DNA of 64,000 bases from Bacteroidia bacterium (GTDB lineage Bacteria; Bacteroidota; Bacteroidia; CAIKAF01). The stretch is taken from assembly GCA_016742095.1 (NCBI GenBank), contig JACVCJ010000007.1:59854-123853 (forward strand), given 5' to 3'. The notes beneath the pieces were generated by a model. That model was not told the origin of the DNA. It did not search any database and was given only the letters and a program-made list of their open reading frames with translations. This document shows, piece by piece, positions 28,601 through 37,219 of the stretch; the stretch's first letter is position 1, and each line of letters begins with the position of its first letter. The translations under genes were made by a program, and so were the position numbers.

Positions 28601-29767
28601 TACCGAGGTATTGTTGAAGGTACGGTCGAAGCTGCAGACATTCGGTGTATTGAATGCCGCAACCGGACTCTGTCGCACATAGATCTGCTGGGTTATGGAA
28701 TCCCGGCATCCCTGGTTCGATTCTACCACGATCTCCACATTGTAGTTTCCGCCGGCCGGGTACGTGTGTATGGGGCTTTGTGCCGATGCGGAGGTTCCGT
28801 CGCCGAAATCCCAGGTCCAGGCCACATTACTGCCGTTGATCACGGTAGAGAGGTCTGTGAAGGTAACCTGGCCGTTACAGTCGCTGGTTGCTGCGAACTG
28901 CGGAGTGATCTCGGTCTGGTTGATGCGGGCCTCCAGGTAAGCCAGACAGCCTGAAGCCGAAGTAAGCGTACAGCTTACGATCTGGTTCGGGATCGGGTTC
29001 GGGATATTGATCTGCTGTGAGGTAGCGCCTGTAGACCACTGGTAACTGGCGAAGCCCGGAGGGGCCGCCACATTGGCCGAGTTGGCGCCGCGGCAGTAGG
29101 TCACATCCAGTTTCATCGGACGACATTCCGCTACAATGTACGCATACCCGAAGTGACCACTCTGTGAGCAGTCTCCCGTGCGCGCCTCGATGGTAACCGT
29201 CTGCCCGATAAAAGGCGACAGGTCCACACCTACCTGTTCCCAGGGCTTCCAGCGTACGCCGCCGAAACTCTGGAAACCGGGTATACCGGCTGCAGCGGCT
29301 ACCTGGTAAAAGGTACATGGAATGATGTTTCCGAATCCGTCACGCACCTGCAGTTCGAAGCGGGGTTGTTGGGCAGGTGTGTGGCCGGGGTCTTCCAGTA
29401 CAACCGCATAGCTGTACAGGAAAAGGGCGTTGCTTGAATCCGTTGCCACGTTAATGGAGTAAGAGAGTCCTTCGGCTTGTGCTCCGGTTCCGTTATTACC
29501 CAAACGGGCCGAAAAAGCATATCCGGGACACACTACAGGTAATCCCCCACCCGTAACCGGGTCGGTCCCTGCTCCCGTCATAATGGTATGACGGCCGGCC
29601 ACAATACCGGCTGTTGGCAGGTTGATCGGGCAGCAACTGCCTGTTCTACCCTGCCAGTTGGCAAAGGAATTCATTGAAAAGTCTGCATTTGGACAATTAT
29701 TCTGGCCAAATGTGGAAAGGATGGCTGATAGAAGGAGGACGGTGATAATAGTAAGCCGTTTTTCCAT
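25631..29767 (-). CDS. PKD-repeat surface protein with a T9SS type-B (gliding-motility-associated) C-terminal sorting domain
   Basis: 1378 aa with a signal peptide and a Cys-containing N-terminal domain of about 200 aa. It has about 12 PKD-like modules (W-x-[WF]-x-FGDG) and the C-terminus IPNTATVNNDGINE...LVFDRWGEKV...DTYSYKLFY...GHVNILH. Confidence 0.9.
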   Translation of the reverse strand: MEKRLTIITVLLLSAILSTFGQNNCPNADFSMNSFANWQGRTGSCCPINLPTAGIVAGRHTIMTGAGTDPVTGGGLPVVCPGYAFSARLGNNGTGAQAEGLSYSINVATDSSNALFLYSYAVVLEDPGHTPAQQPRFELQVRDGFGNIIPCTFYQVAAAAGIPGFQSFGGVRWKPWEQVGVDLSPFIGQTVTIEARTGDCSQSGHFGYAYIVAECRPMKLDVTYCRGANSANVAAPPGFASYQWSTGATSQQINIPNPIPNQIVSCTLTSASGCLAYLEARINQTEITPQFAATSDCNGQVTFTDLSTVINGSNVAWTWDFGDGTSASAQSPIHTYPAGGNYNVEIVVESNQGCRDSITQQIYVRQSPVAAFNTPNVCSFDRTFNNTSVANNTFTSFAWTFGNGASSTAQNPQYTYADPSVSGLGWNYNVQLIVENQDNCFDTATQNITLWDIPVAGYNFTANCDQSVQFTNTSTIDDGTALSYDWDFGDGNGATAASPTPVYGAGGDYVVELIVSSATGCADTIQQNVHVRQSPVASFTAPSACGFDRVFTNTSAANTNFNSFAWDFGNGASASTQNVNYTYPDPSVSGLGWNYNVQLIVENQDNCFDTAIQAITLWDIPVAAYNFTANCDQSVQFANTSTIDDGTALSYDWDFGDGNGATAASPTPVYAAGGDYTVELIATSATGCADTVSQSVHVRQSPLASFTAPSVCGYDRVFTNTSVANTSFNSFAWDFGDGNSATTANASYTYGDPVTTGLGWNYTVQLIVENQDNCFDTASQNIVLWDIPVAAFQIPVQACVNEQVLYNDGSSVNNANITNWDWDFGDGNGDAVASPVHGYAAAGTYTVELIVTDNNGCADTTSQTIPVFNNPVAQFPIPAACGINVQFMDSSLTNGGSAIQTWGWTFGDGNGSPVQNPLHTYGNTGVFNVGLGVTNADGCSDSIEQAVTVHELPVAGFTFNPVCRYQTVSFTNTSTTALDPITVNNWSMHDGTTYGTASTTHPYNTDGSFPVTLIVTTAFGCSDTVTQNVTIHPLPQPDFSAAAVCQNNFTVFQNNSSITSGSINAWEWQFGAAIPNSTSQTPQVIYPNYGTYNVWLVATSNFGCEDSIMHAVTVHPNPSASFTIDQMSGCSPLAVQFTTTSTIVAGNIVDYDWDLGADFSSDPNPGIIYGAGTYPITLIVTTDMGCKDTATSVGSIVAFPTPVAHFDNNPGKAPLSSPFFQFTNMSDGYTGSQWYFGDGNGSTATHPGHLYQPEGATEYDVTLVVSNQYGCLDSTQERVYIYGDHIIYIPNTATVNNDGINESFLITGIGIVDAELLVFDRWGEKVGHVKGWQTDRLTWNCTDRSGNSLKQDTYSYKLFYKAESGKTYDRMGHVNILH
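27392..28678 (-). repeat. in-frame tandem repeat, 501-bp unit (167 aa, two PKD modules), about 2.6 copies
   Basis: The anchor GTATCGAAACAG recurs at 27438, 27939 and 28440, an exact 501-nt period. The protein blocks RQSP[VL]A[AS]F...GWNY[NT]VQLIVENQDNCFDTA recur at residues 364, 531 and 698 with only scattered substitutions. Confidence 0.9.
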
Positions 29768-29833
29768 ACACCTTTAGCTTTAGTATGTATGTATACGTAC
29801 ACTATTAAAAAAAGTTAACGAAAATTTTTAATT

Positions 29834-29872
29834 TAATAAAAAATCCCCTGAAAATCAGGGGATTAATTTTTT
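29834..29872 (-). terminator. Rho-independent, potentially bidirectional terminator after the 1045-aa PKD gene
   Basis: Perfect 10-bp stem AATCCCCTGA (29842-29851) / TCAGGGGATT (29855-29864) with loop AAA. It is flanked by an A-run upstream and a T-run downstream. Confidence 0.8.
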
Positions 29873-29935
29873 ATGAACACGTGAATTTAATAATTCAGCC
29901 TGTCACAGATCAGCTGAGTTAAGGCCTATTTAACA

Positions 29936-32900
29936 CTACCGTAAAATATTTACGTGGCCTACCTTTTCAAAATCCTTACCGGAAGTAACCGAATAGAACA
30001 GTTTGTACGAATAGGTATCCTGTTTCAGCGGTTTTCCGTTAGAGCCAGTACCGTCCCAGGTGAGGCGGTCCATCTGCCAGCCTTTGGCATGGCCTACTTT
30101 TTCGCCCCAGCGGTTAAAGATCAGCAGTTCGGCATTTACAATATTGGTACCATAAATGGTAAGTACTTCGTTAATTCCATCGGCGTTCTGGGTAACCGTA
30201 TTCGGAATATAGATCACGTGATCGTCGTATACATATACGCGTTCCACGATCGAATCCAGGCAGCCGAACTGGTTGGTCACCACCAGGCTTACATCGTAAG
30301 AGCCTACCACATCATTCGGATAGATATGGAAAGGACTCTGTTCCGTAGAGGCCGTTCCGTCGCCGAAGGTCCAGAAGCTGCTTACGTAGCCGGTAGACTG
30401 GTTGTCGAACTGGAAGTACGGCTCGATCACCGAGTTTGAATTCGGGCTCGGATCGAAGAAAGCTACCGGGTCCGGATGCACGATCACGGCATTTACGTCG
30501 GTGATGCTGTCGATACAGCCTTTATCGCTGGTTACGGTAAGTGAGATATCGTACTGACCGGTACCGTAGGTAAAGTTCGGGTTCTGCAGGTTGCTGTAAC
30601 CCAGATCCAGGTCCCAGTCGTGCATGACGATGCTTCCCTGGGGAATGGTGCTCTGGTCGGCAAAGCTTACCTGCAGCGGCGAACATCCGTTGTCCGGGAA
30701 TACGGTAAAGGCCGCATCCGGGTTCGGGTGAACGGTTATAGCGCGCACAACACTGTCTACACAGCCGTTGTTCGAATAAGCCACCAGCTGTACGTTGTAC
30801 ACGCCCCAGCTTGGTATTACCACGCCCGGGGCTGCATTCGGGTTCATGGGAAGCCCGGCCGCGCTCAGGTCGTACTGGTAAGCCACAATGGAACCTGTAT
30901 CTATCTGTGAGTTATTTACGATCTGCGTTACAAAGCCTTCGCACACGGGCGCTGCCGAGAAGTCGGGCTTGGGCAGTTCGTATACGTATACGTTCTTCAC
31001 AATGGTATCACTACAGCCGAAGGCCGTGCTTACCATCAGGGTAACCGGTTTGTAGCCGGCCGTGGTATAGGTATCTGAAGTGTTCTGTGTAGTTACCATA
31101 TTCCCCGGTGAAGTGATCCAGGTCCAGGAAGTAATGGCATCGTAAATCGCCGTGGACTGGTCCGTCATATTGATCGGGTTCAGCGGACAGGCGGATACAA
31201 AACTGAAGTCGGCCACCGGTTTATCAAAGGCGGTTATCAGTTTACTTACGGTATCTGAGCAGCCACTGCTGTTTTCCACGATCAGTTCTACGGTATACTG
31301 TCCGTTGGCCGGGAACAGGTGCTGGGGATTCTGCAGGTTTGAGCCGCTGCCGTCACCAAAATCCCAGTCCCAGGCTACGATGGGCTGTCCCTGGTCGTTC
31401 GTACTGTCGGCAAATACGATCTGTACGCCGCAGGCATTGGGCAGCGGGAAGTCTGCAATGGGCACTTCGCCCACATCGATATTCTGTACAATGGTATCGC
31501 GGCAGCCATTGGTACTTTCCACGATCAGCTGTACGGGGAAAATTCCGGAGTTCGTGAAGGAGTGCTGCGGGTTTTGCGTGGTAGCGGACGATCCGTCGGC
31601 AAAATCCCAGTTCCAGGCAGCCATATTTTCGTTACCCACGAAGGAAGAATCCGTAAAGTTCGCAATGCCGTTCTTACAGATCACGGCAGGGAAATTATAG
31701 TCCGCCTCGGGAATATCGTGTATCGTAATAGGTACTACCACGGTATCGGAACAGTTGTTCTCATTGGTCGTGATCAGTTCTACGTTGTAGTTCCACACAC
31801 CGCTGAGGTTCGGATCGGGGTACACGTGTACCGGGTTGGTATCGTTGGACGAACTGTTATCTCCGAAATTCCACTGGATACCGGTAAGAATGTTATTACC
31901 CACCGAGTTGTTGATGAAGGACCATTCGTTGCCGCACACCTGGGGCGCTGCAAAAGCCGAAGTAGGTACATTATCAATGGTAACGGTCTTGGTAATGGAG
32001 TCTTTACAACCATTATCGGACGTGACGACGAGTTCTACGTTATAGGTGCCCCCTCCCGGGAAGGTATGCGCGGGACTCTGCGTGTTGGGGGCCGTGGTAC
32101 CATCGCCGAAATCCCAGTCCCACTGTACGTTAATGCCATACAGGGCCGTACTCAGGTCTGTGAACTGTGCATTTTTACAGATCGTGGTATCGGCAAAATC
32201 CGGTGTGATCACGGTCTGGTACAGTTTGGCTATGAGCTGGGCCTGGCAGCCGGATATAGAGATCAGCTGCACGGTAAGGGTCTGGCCCGGAACCGGGTTC
32301 ACTACCGAAGTAGACTGACCGGTAGTACCGTCTGACCACTGATAGCTGGCAAAGCCCGGAGGCGCTGTAATAACAGCGGTATTGGAACCATAGCAGTACG
32401 ATACGGAAAGTTTCATGGGACGGCATTCGGCCACAATATAGGCGTACCCGTAGTGACCGCTCTGGGAGCAGTCGCCCGTACGCATTTCGATGGTCACCTG
32501 CTGTCCGATAAAGGGCGACAGGTCGACCCCTACACTTTCCCAGGGTTTCCAGCGTACCGAACCGGTGCTCTGGAAGCCGGGGATATTGGCGGCGGCCGAT
32601 ACCAGGTAACTGGTACAGGGAATGATGTTCCCGAAGGCATCGCGTACCTGCAGCTCAAAACGGGGCTGCTGGGCCGGCGTGTGCCCCGGGTCTTCCATCA
32701 CTACCGCGTAGTTATAGTAGAACAGGGCATTACTGGAGTCCAGCGCTACATTAATGGTATAGCTGAGACCCTCGGCCTGGGCACCTGTACCGGAGTTACC
32801 CAGGCGCGCCGAAAAGGCGTAACCCGGACAAACCACCGGCAGGTTATTTCCCGTGTTGGGGTCCATACCGGTACCGGTCATAACGGTGTGCCTGCCGGGT

Positions 32901-33073
32901 ACAATACCTACGGTAGGAATGTTGATCGGGCAACAGGTTCCTGTCCTTCCCGTCCAGTTGGTAAAGTTATTCATACTGAAATTCGAGTTGGCACAAGTGG
33001 TCTGTGCACCAGCGAACTGAATAATTACCGAGAGAGATGCGAGTAACAAGACAAGTTTTTTCATCTTGGGCAT
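29936..33073 (-). CDS. PKD-repeat surface protein with a T9SS type-B C-terminal sorting domain (paralogue of 25631-29767)
   Basis: 1045 aa with the same N-terminal domain and C-terminal domain as its neighbour (roughly three-quarters identical by eye) and about 8 PKD-like modules. Confidence 0.9.
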   Translation of the reverse strand: MPKMKKLVLLLASLSVIIQFAGAQTTCANSNFSMNNFTNWTGRTGTCCPINIPTVGIVPGRHTVMTGTGMDPNTGNNLPVVCPGYAFSARLGNSGTGAQAEGLSYTINVALDSSNALFYYNYAVVMEDPGHTPAQQPRFELQVRDAFGNIIPCTSYLVSAAANIPGFQSTGSVRWKPWESVGVDLSPFIGQQVTIEMRTGDCSQSGHYGYAYIVAECRPMKLSVSYCYGSNTAVITAPPGFASYQWSDGTTGQSTSVVNPVPGQTLTVQLISISGCQAQLIAKLYQTVITPDFADTTICKNAQFTDLSTALYGINVQWDWDFGDGTTAPNTQSPAHTFPGGGTYNVELVVTSDNGCKDSITKTVTIDNVPTSAFAAPQVCGNEWSFINNSVGNNILTGIQWNFGDNSSSNDTNPVHVYPDPNLSGVWNYNVELITTNENNCSDTVVVPITIHDIPEADYNFPAVICKNGIANFTDSSFVGNENMAAWNWDFADGSSATTQNPQHSFTNSGIFPVQLIVESTNGCRDTIVQNIDVGEVPIADFPLPNACGVQIVFADSTNDQGQPIVAWDWDFGDGSGSNLQNPQHLFPANGQYTVELIVENSSGCSDTVSKLITAFDKPVADFSFVSACPLNPINMTDQSTAIYDAITSWTWITSPGNMVTTQNTSDTYTTAGYKPVTLMVSTAFGCSDTIVKNVYVYELPKPDFSAAPVCEGFVTQIVNNSQIDTGSIVAYQYDLSAAGLPMNPNAAPGVVIPSWGVYNVQLVAYSNNGCVDSVVRAITVHPNPDAAFTVFPDNGCSPLQVSFADQSTIPQGSIVMHDWDLDLGYSNLQNPNFTYGTGQYDISLTVTSDKGCIDSITDVNAVIVHPDPVAFFDPSPNSNSVIEPYFQFDNQSTGYVSSFWTFGDGTASTEQSPFHIYPNDVVGSYDVSLVVTNQFGCLDSIVERVYVYDDHVIYIPNTVTQNADGINEVLTIYGTNIVNAELLIFNRWGEKVGHAKGWQMDRLTWDGTGSNGKPLKQDTYSYKLFYSVTSGKDFEKVGHVNILR

Positions 33074-33090
33074 GCTATTGTTTAGTCATA

Positions 33091-33098
33091 CAAATATA
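33091..33098 (-). promoter_or_regulatory. -7 box TATATTTG for the 29936-33073 gene
   Basis: On the minus strand, TATATTTG (TAnnTTTG) lies about 18 nt upstream of the ATG at 33073. Confidence 0.45.
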
Positions 33099-33104
33099 AC
33101 TTTG
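33097..33104 (+). promoter_or_regulatory. -7 box TAACTTTG for the 33145-33483 gene
   Basis: On the plus strand, TAACTTTG (TAnnTTTG) lies about 40 nt upstream of the ATG at 33145. It overlaps the divergent -7 box by 2 nt. Confidence 0.4.
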
Positions 33105-33144
33105 CATTTTGAATTTTCACATTTTTTAAAGATTTTTTTTCATC

Positions 33145-33483
33145 ATGTTCAGTTTTCTTAATTATCACAAGGACCCGAACGACCGCTCCCGCTGGGTGTT
33201 TTACTATAAAGACCGTGAAACCGGAGATTTTTTTGCACAGATTTGTAAAGAAAAAGGGCTCGAGTACAAAAAACTGAGCGATCCGGAAAAACCAGACATC
33301 CAATATTACTCTTTTTCAAAGGCATCTTTCGACGAAGCACAGCGCCTGAATGCCGAAGCCATGAGCCGCACCCCGAGATCGTTCATCCCCGACAAAGGTC
33401 TGCGTATCTTTACCCTGGTACTGTTCGGCGTTATGGTGGCCATAGCCCTCACCGGTTATATCGTTACCCGGCTGAAAAAATAA
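33145..33483 (+). CDS. hypothetical protein with a C-terminal transmembrane anchor
   Basis: 112-aa ORF. The C-terminal segment LRIFTLVLFGVMVAIALTGYIV is a TM helix. No family recognised. Confidence 0.5.
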   Translation: MFSFLNYHKDPNDRSRWVFYYKDRETGDFFAQICKEKGLEYKKLSDPEKPDIQYYSFSKASFDEAQRLNAEAMSRTPRSFIPDKGLRIFTLVLFGVMVAIALTGYIVTRLKK

Positions 33484-33559
33484 AGGCTGACAATATCCCG
33501 TTTATAAAATAGCCTCATTCGCCTCCCGGCGCATCGGGTTTCCTGCTACTTTTCAGGCT

Positions 33560-34921
33560 GTGAAAAACGAGCGTATTCATTTTATTGCCATCGGAGGCAG
33601 CGCCATGCACAGCCTGGCCGTTGCCCTGAGCCGTGCCGGAAAACAGGTGAGCGGCAGCGACGACGAAATTTTCGATCCGGCACGCAGTCGCCTGCGCGAG
33701 GCCGGTATTCTACCCGAACGCGAAGGCTGGTTCCCTGAAAAGATCGATGCCGGGCTCGATGCCGTGATCCTGGGTATGCACGCCCGGGCCGATAATCCCG
33801 AACTGGCACGCGCCCGTGAACTGGGGCTTACCATATACAGTTACCCCGAATACCTGCATATTGCTTATGCACAGGCTCGCCGCATCGTGATCGGGGGCAG
33901 CCACGGCAAAACCACCATCACCTCCATGATCCTGCACCTTTTTAAAGAAGCCGGACTCGATACCGATTATATGGTGGGCGCCCAGCTTAAAGGCCTGGAC
34001 AACCCCGTAAAGATCAGCGGGGCAAAGCTGGCGGTGATCGAAGGCGACGAATACCTGACCTCTACCCTGGACCGCCGGCCCAAATTCCACCTGTATAAAC
34101 CGCATATCGCTATTATAAGTGGTATCGCCTGGGACCATATCAATGTATTTCCCACATTTGAAAATTACGTGGAGCAGTTCCGCCTGTTCACCGGAACCAT
34201 AGAACCCGGCGGGCACCTGATCGCCAACGCTGAGGACGAAGAGGTAGTGCGCATCGCACAGGATATCCGCAGCGATATTCAGCTGCACCTGTACCACACT
34301 CCCGATTATTATGTAGAGAACGGCGAAACCTTCCTGCAGACTGAAAACGGGCCCCTTCAACTGCAGATCTTCGGACAGCACAACCTGCTCAATGCCATGG
34401 CTGCGGTAAAAGTGGCCGAACTAAGCGGTATTCCGCGCGAAAAGGCCCTGCATTACCTGGCCGGCTTCAGCGGTGCCGAAAAACGCCTCGAAAAACTGTG
34501 CGCACAGAACGGCCGTTCCGTTTATAAAGATTTTGCCCACGCTCCTTCCAAGGTACGCTCTACCCTTTCGGCCTTCCTGGAAAAAACAGGCAGAGCCCTG
34601 CCCTGTTTCGAACTGCATACCTTCAGCAGCCTGAATAAAGAATTTTTACCACAGTACCGCGATTCACTCAGTGCGGCTCCCGAAGCCTGCCTGTTCTACA
34701 GTCCGCATGCCCTGGAACTGAAACGCATGCCTCCCCTTTCCAAAGAGGACATACAGGCGGCCTTTGCCCACCCGGCGCTGCATGTGTTTACGGATGCACA
34801 GGAACTGAAGGACTTCATCCTGTCGAAAAAACCGGAATACCAGCACCTGCTTATGATGAGCTCAGGCAACTGGGACGGGTTAGATCTGCCGGCACTGGCC
34901 GAAGATTTCTGTAAAGCCTGA
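33560..34921 (+). CDS. mpl: Mur ligase family protein, Mpl-like (UDP-N-acetylmuramate:tripeptide ligase)
   Basis: 453 aa with a GTG start at 33560. Motifs IHFIAIGGSAMHSLA, the ATP-binding loop GGSHGKTTITSM, and GDEYLTS. Confidence 0.8.
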   Translation: MKNERIHFIAIGGSAMHSLAVALSRAGKQVSGSDDEIFDPARSRLREAGILPEREGWFPEKIDAGLDAVILGMHARADNPELARARELGLTIYSYPEYLHIAYAQARRIVIGGSHGKTTITSMILHLFKEAGLDTDYMVGAQLKGLDNPVKISGAKLAVIEGDEYLTSTLDRRPKFHLYKPHIAIISGIAWDHINVFPTFENYVEQFRLFTGTIEPGGHLIANAEDEEVVRIAQDIRSDIQLHLYHTPDYYVENGETFLQTENGPLQLQIFGQHNLLNAMAAVKVAELSGIPREKALHYLAGFSGAEKRLEKLCAQNGRSVYKDFAHAPSKVRSTLSAFLEKTGRALPCFELHTFSSLNKEFLPQYRDSLSAAPEACLFYSPHALELKRMPPLSKEDIQAAFAHPALHVFTDAQELKDFILSKKPEYQHLLMMSSGNWDGLDLPALAEDFCKA

Positions 34922-34935
34922 GTATCCGCCTGTCA

Positions 34936-34974
34936 AAAAAAAAGCAGCGCCATCCCTTTCGTAACGGCGCTGCA
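34936..34974 (-). terminator. Rho-independent terminator after the SUFU-like gene
   Basis: Perfect 8-bp stem GCAGCGCC (34945-34952) / GGCGCTGC (34967-34974). On the minus strand it is followed by TTTTTTTTT (34936-34944). Confidence 0.8.
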
Positions 34975-34994
34975 AAATGTATGTAAACTTCTTT

Positions 34995-35645
34995 TTATTT
35001 CCGGTTCAGATCGGTAATAAGCAAGGGGTTATCCTTTCTCAGTTCATTAATAAGTTCTTCTACGGCACCCAGGGTCGGGTTTTCTTTGAGGCGTTCCAGT
35101 TCGGCGGAGGTGATGCCCACCATCTGCAGGAAGGTCACTTCGCCATGCGGCGTCTGTATGCGGCCCAGTTCGGGATCTTCGGCAAACACCAGGGCTACGA
35201 TATCGGTTTCGGTATCGAGGCGGATAGGCCCGTTGGCCGGCACAAAGTGATTCACTTCGAACCAGTTGCCGCTGTTGAATACATAGCGGGCCAGGTTATT
35301 CATCATACTGATGACCCAGGTGGGGTTTTCATCGTCGCCTTCGAACGGTTTAAGGCGGAACGTAAATTCAAAGCCCCAGCGGCTGAACTCTCCGCCGGCC
35401 TTTTCTTCGTCATAATACAGCTCCGACATCCCATAGCTCACAAAATGCCGGTGGAACTCCTGCTTTTCCGAATCGTAGATACTGGTACCATCGATCGGAT
35501 CTTCGCCGCCGATCATGTATTTAATGATGGACCCGAAGTGCCGGGGTTCGGTATCGCCGTACACGGTCTTCAGCTGTTCGTCAATGGCCATCCAGCCTAC
35601 GGCATCGTCTTCGCTGAACTGTTCTTTGTATTCTTCCTGAGTCAT
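34995..35645 (-). CDS. suppressor-of-fused (SUFU)-like domain protein
   Basis: 216 aa. The blocks HFVSYGMSELYYDEE...WGFEFTFRL and VTFLQMVGITSAELE match the bacterial SUFU-domain pattern as I remember it. Confidence 0.65.
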   Translation of the reverse strand: MTQEEYKEQFSEDDAVGWMAIDEQLKTVYGDTEPRHFGSIIKYMIGGEDPIDGTSIYDSEKQEFHRHFVSYGMSELYYDEEKAGGEFSRWGFEFTFRLKPFEGDDENPTWVISMMNNLARYVFNSGNWFEVNHFVPANGPIRLDTETDIVALVFAEDPELGRIQTPHGEVTFLQMVGITSAELERLKENPTLGAVEELINELRKDNPLLITDLNRK

Positions 35646-35737
35646 TCCGGTTGTTTATTCAGATAAATTATTTGTCCTATATATGGTACGGCTCTGTATG
35701 TATGTATCACACTCATACCTTTTCTCCCGGCTCCTGT

Positions 35738-37075
35738 TCAGGAATGGAAAAAATTCATGGCATAATAAAGTCCCCGTTCAAAGATATCGGGCTTACGTTC
35801 AAACTCTATATGAGAACCTATCTCGGCATTGTTCCAGTGAGCAAAGCGGGGGCCTGACAGAATTCTGCGCAGCAGCCGGGTATCTACATTGTAACTTACA
35901 AAACCGCTCTGTATGGCATTTTTCGCTTCAGCATCAATGATGGAATATCCCTGTCCCTTAGCGCTTATGGAACACCAGGCGTCCTCACCCAGGCGCAGGA
36001 GTACCTTTGTTTCAGACTGAAAGGCAATATCGTTGCGTTTCTTTTCAAAGCGGGCATAAGCCAGTTCAAGCAAAGGTTTCAACTCTTCAGGAGAGGGATA
36101 TTCCTCGTTCTCATAATCGAGTTTTCTGCCGGCAAGGGTTTCCTGTATATATGCCTTTTTGGCCTGCGGATCGATCGCTTCGTAAGGTGACGAGCTGAGC
36201 CCGCTTTCAAGATCGAAATACGCATAGCTGTTGAGCAGTACCACTTCGGTCGTATCTTCCGTGTGGCTGCGAAAATATTCCGCGGCCTCTTCAATTTCGG
36301 GCACTCCCCTGTGGTCCTGCAAGGCCGCCAGTCTGCCACCCAATACATAGGTACCTGCAAAAGGCAGTACATAGCGGGGTTCCAGGCTGCGTATATATTT
36401 AAGTCCCTGGTCGAGAAACTGCTTTTTTTTGTTTTCAGCAGCCCTCCGTTTATCCTCTTCCGGCATAATAAAGCATTGCGGATAAGGCCCGGCCCCGCCA
36501 TAGCCAACAAGCAGCATATCTATCCGGGGATACTGCTGCTTCAGTAACCCGAGCGATTGCCCTGCCAGATCGTATAAGCAGTCATTGCTGTTTACCACGC
36601 AATAACGGCCATCGTCGATAACGGCCAGGGAATCGATCTGCGTGGAGCCATACCTGGCCTCTACGATACCACAGCCGAAAAAACGGGAACAGAGTTCGGG
36701 GTTACAGTTATCGGCCGCCAGTATATTGATGTGTACCCCGTTCTTTAAATGCGTGCGGGTATTATGTGCAAGTTCTGTTACCTGGAAGCCCAGCCGTTCG
36801 ATATTGGCTTTCAGGAACGGGCTTTCGTAACGGTGGATAAGCACCGGGATATTCTTATTAAGCAGGCTGAACGTGGACTTACTGAAATGATCGGGATGGA
36901 TGTGGCTTACATAGATATAATCGATCGAATCGAAAAAATCGTTCCTGATGTCAAGTTTGGGGTAATGGTGCCAGGCTCCGTAGTATTCTCCGTCTATAAG
37001 CCAGGGGTCAGTGAGAATTTTTACCCCTTTGGCCTCTATAGCGACCGTAGCCGATTTTATATAGTGGATCTTCAT
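35738..37075 (-). CDS. MBL-fold metallo-hydrolase with an extra C-terminal domain
   Basis: 445 aa with the motif YIYVSHIHPDHF (HxHxDH) near the N-terminus and downstream His/Asp ligand positions. Confidence 0.75.
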   Translation of the reverse strand: MKIHYIKSATVAIEAKGVKILTDPWLIDGEYYGAWHHYPKLDIRNDFFDSIDYIYVSHIHPDHFSKSTFSLLNKNIPVLIHRYESPFLKANIERLGFQVTELAHNTRTHLKNGVHINILAADNCNPELCSRFFGCGIVEARYGSTQIDSLAVIDDGRYCVVNSNDCLYDLAGQSLGLLKQQYPRIDMLLVGYGGAGPYPQCFIMPEEDKRRAAENKKKQFLDQGLKYIRSLEPRYVLPFAGTYVLGGRLAALQDHRGVPEIEEAAEYFRSHTEDTTEVVLLNSYAYFDLESGLSSSPYEAIDPQAKKAYIQETLAGRKLDYENEEYPSPEELKPLLELAYARFEKKRNDIAFQSETKVLLRLGEDAWCSISAKGQGYSIIDAEAKNAIQSGFVSYNVDTRLLRRILSGPRFAHWNNAEIGSHIEFERKPDIFERGLYYAMNFFHS

Positions 37076-37219
37076 TGGTGTACATTCGTAAATGGTGTCG
37101 TAAGGCGATAAATATAAATAATTCTTTACGAAAGTCGGAACGGGCTTCAGATTTAAAAAATGAAGAGAACGGGTAGCGCCCGGGCTTACAGATATGTTCC
37201 GGCAGCAGGAAAATACGCA

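Noticed and set aside
27392-28678. Regularly spaced repeats that could suggest a CRISPR-like or other non-coding array.
   Set aside because: The period is 501 nt with no short repeat and spacer structure. The repeats are in frame within a continuous 1378-aa ORF and encode PKD modules.
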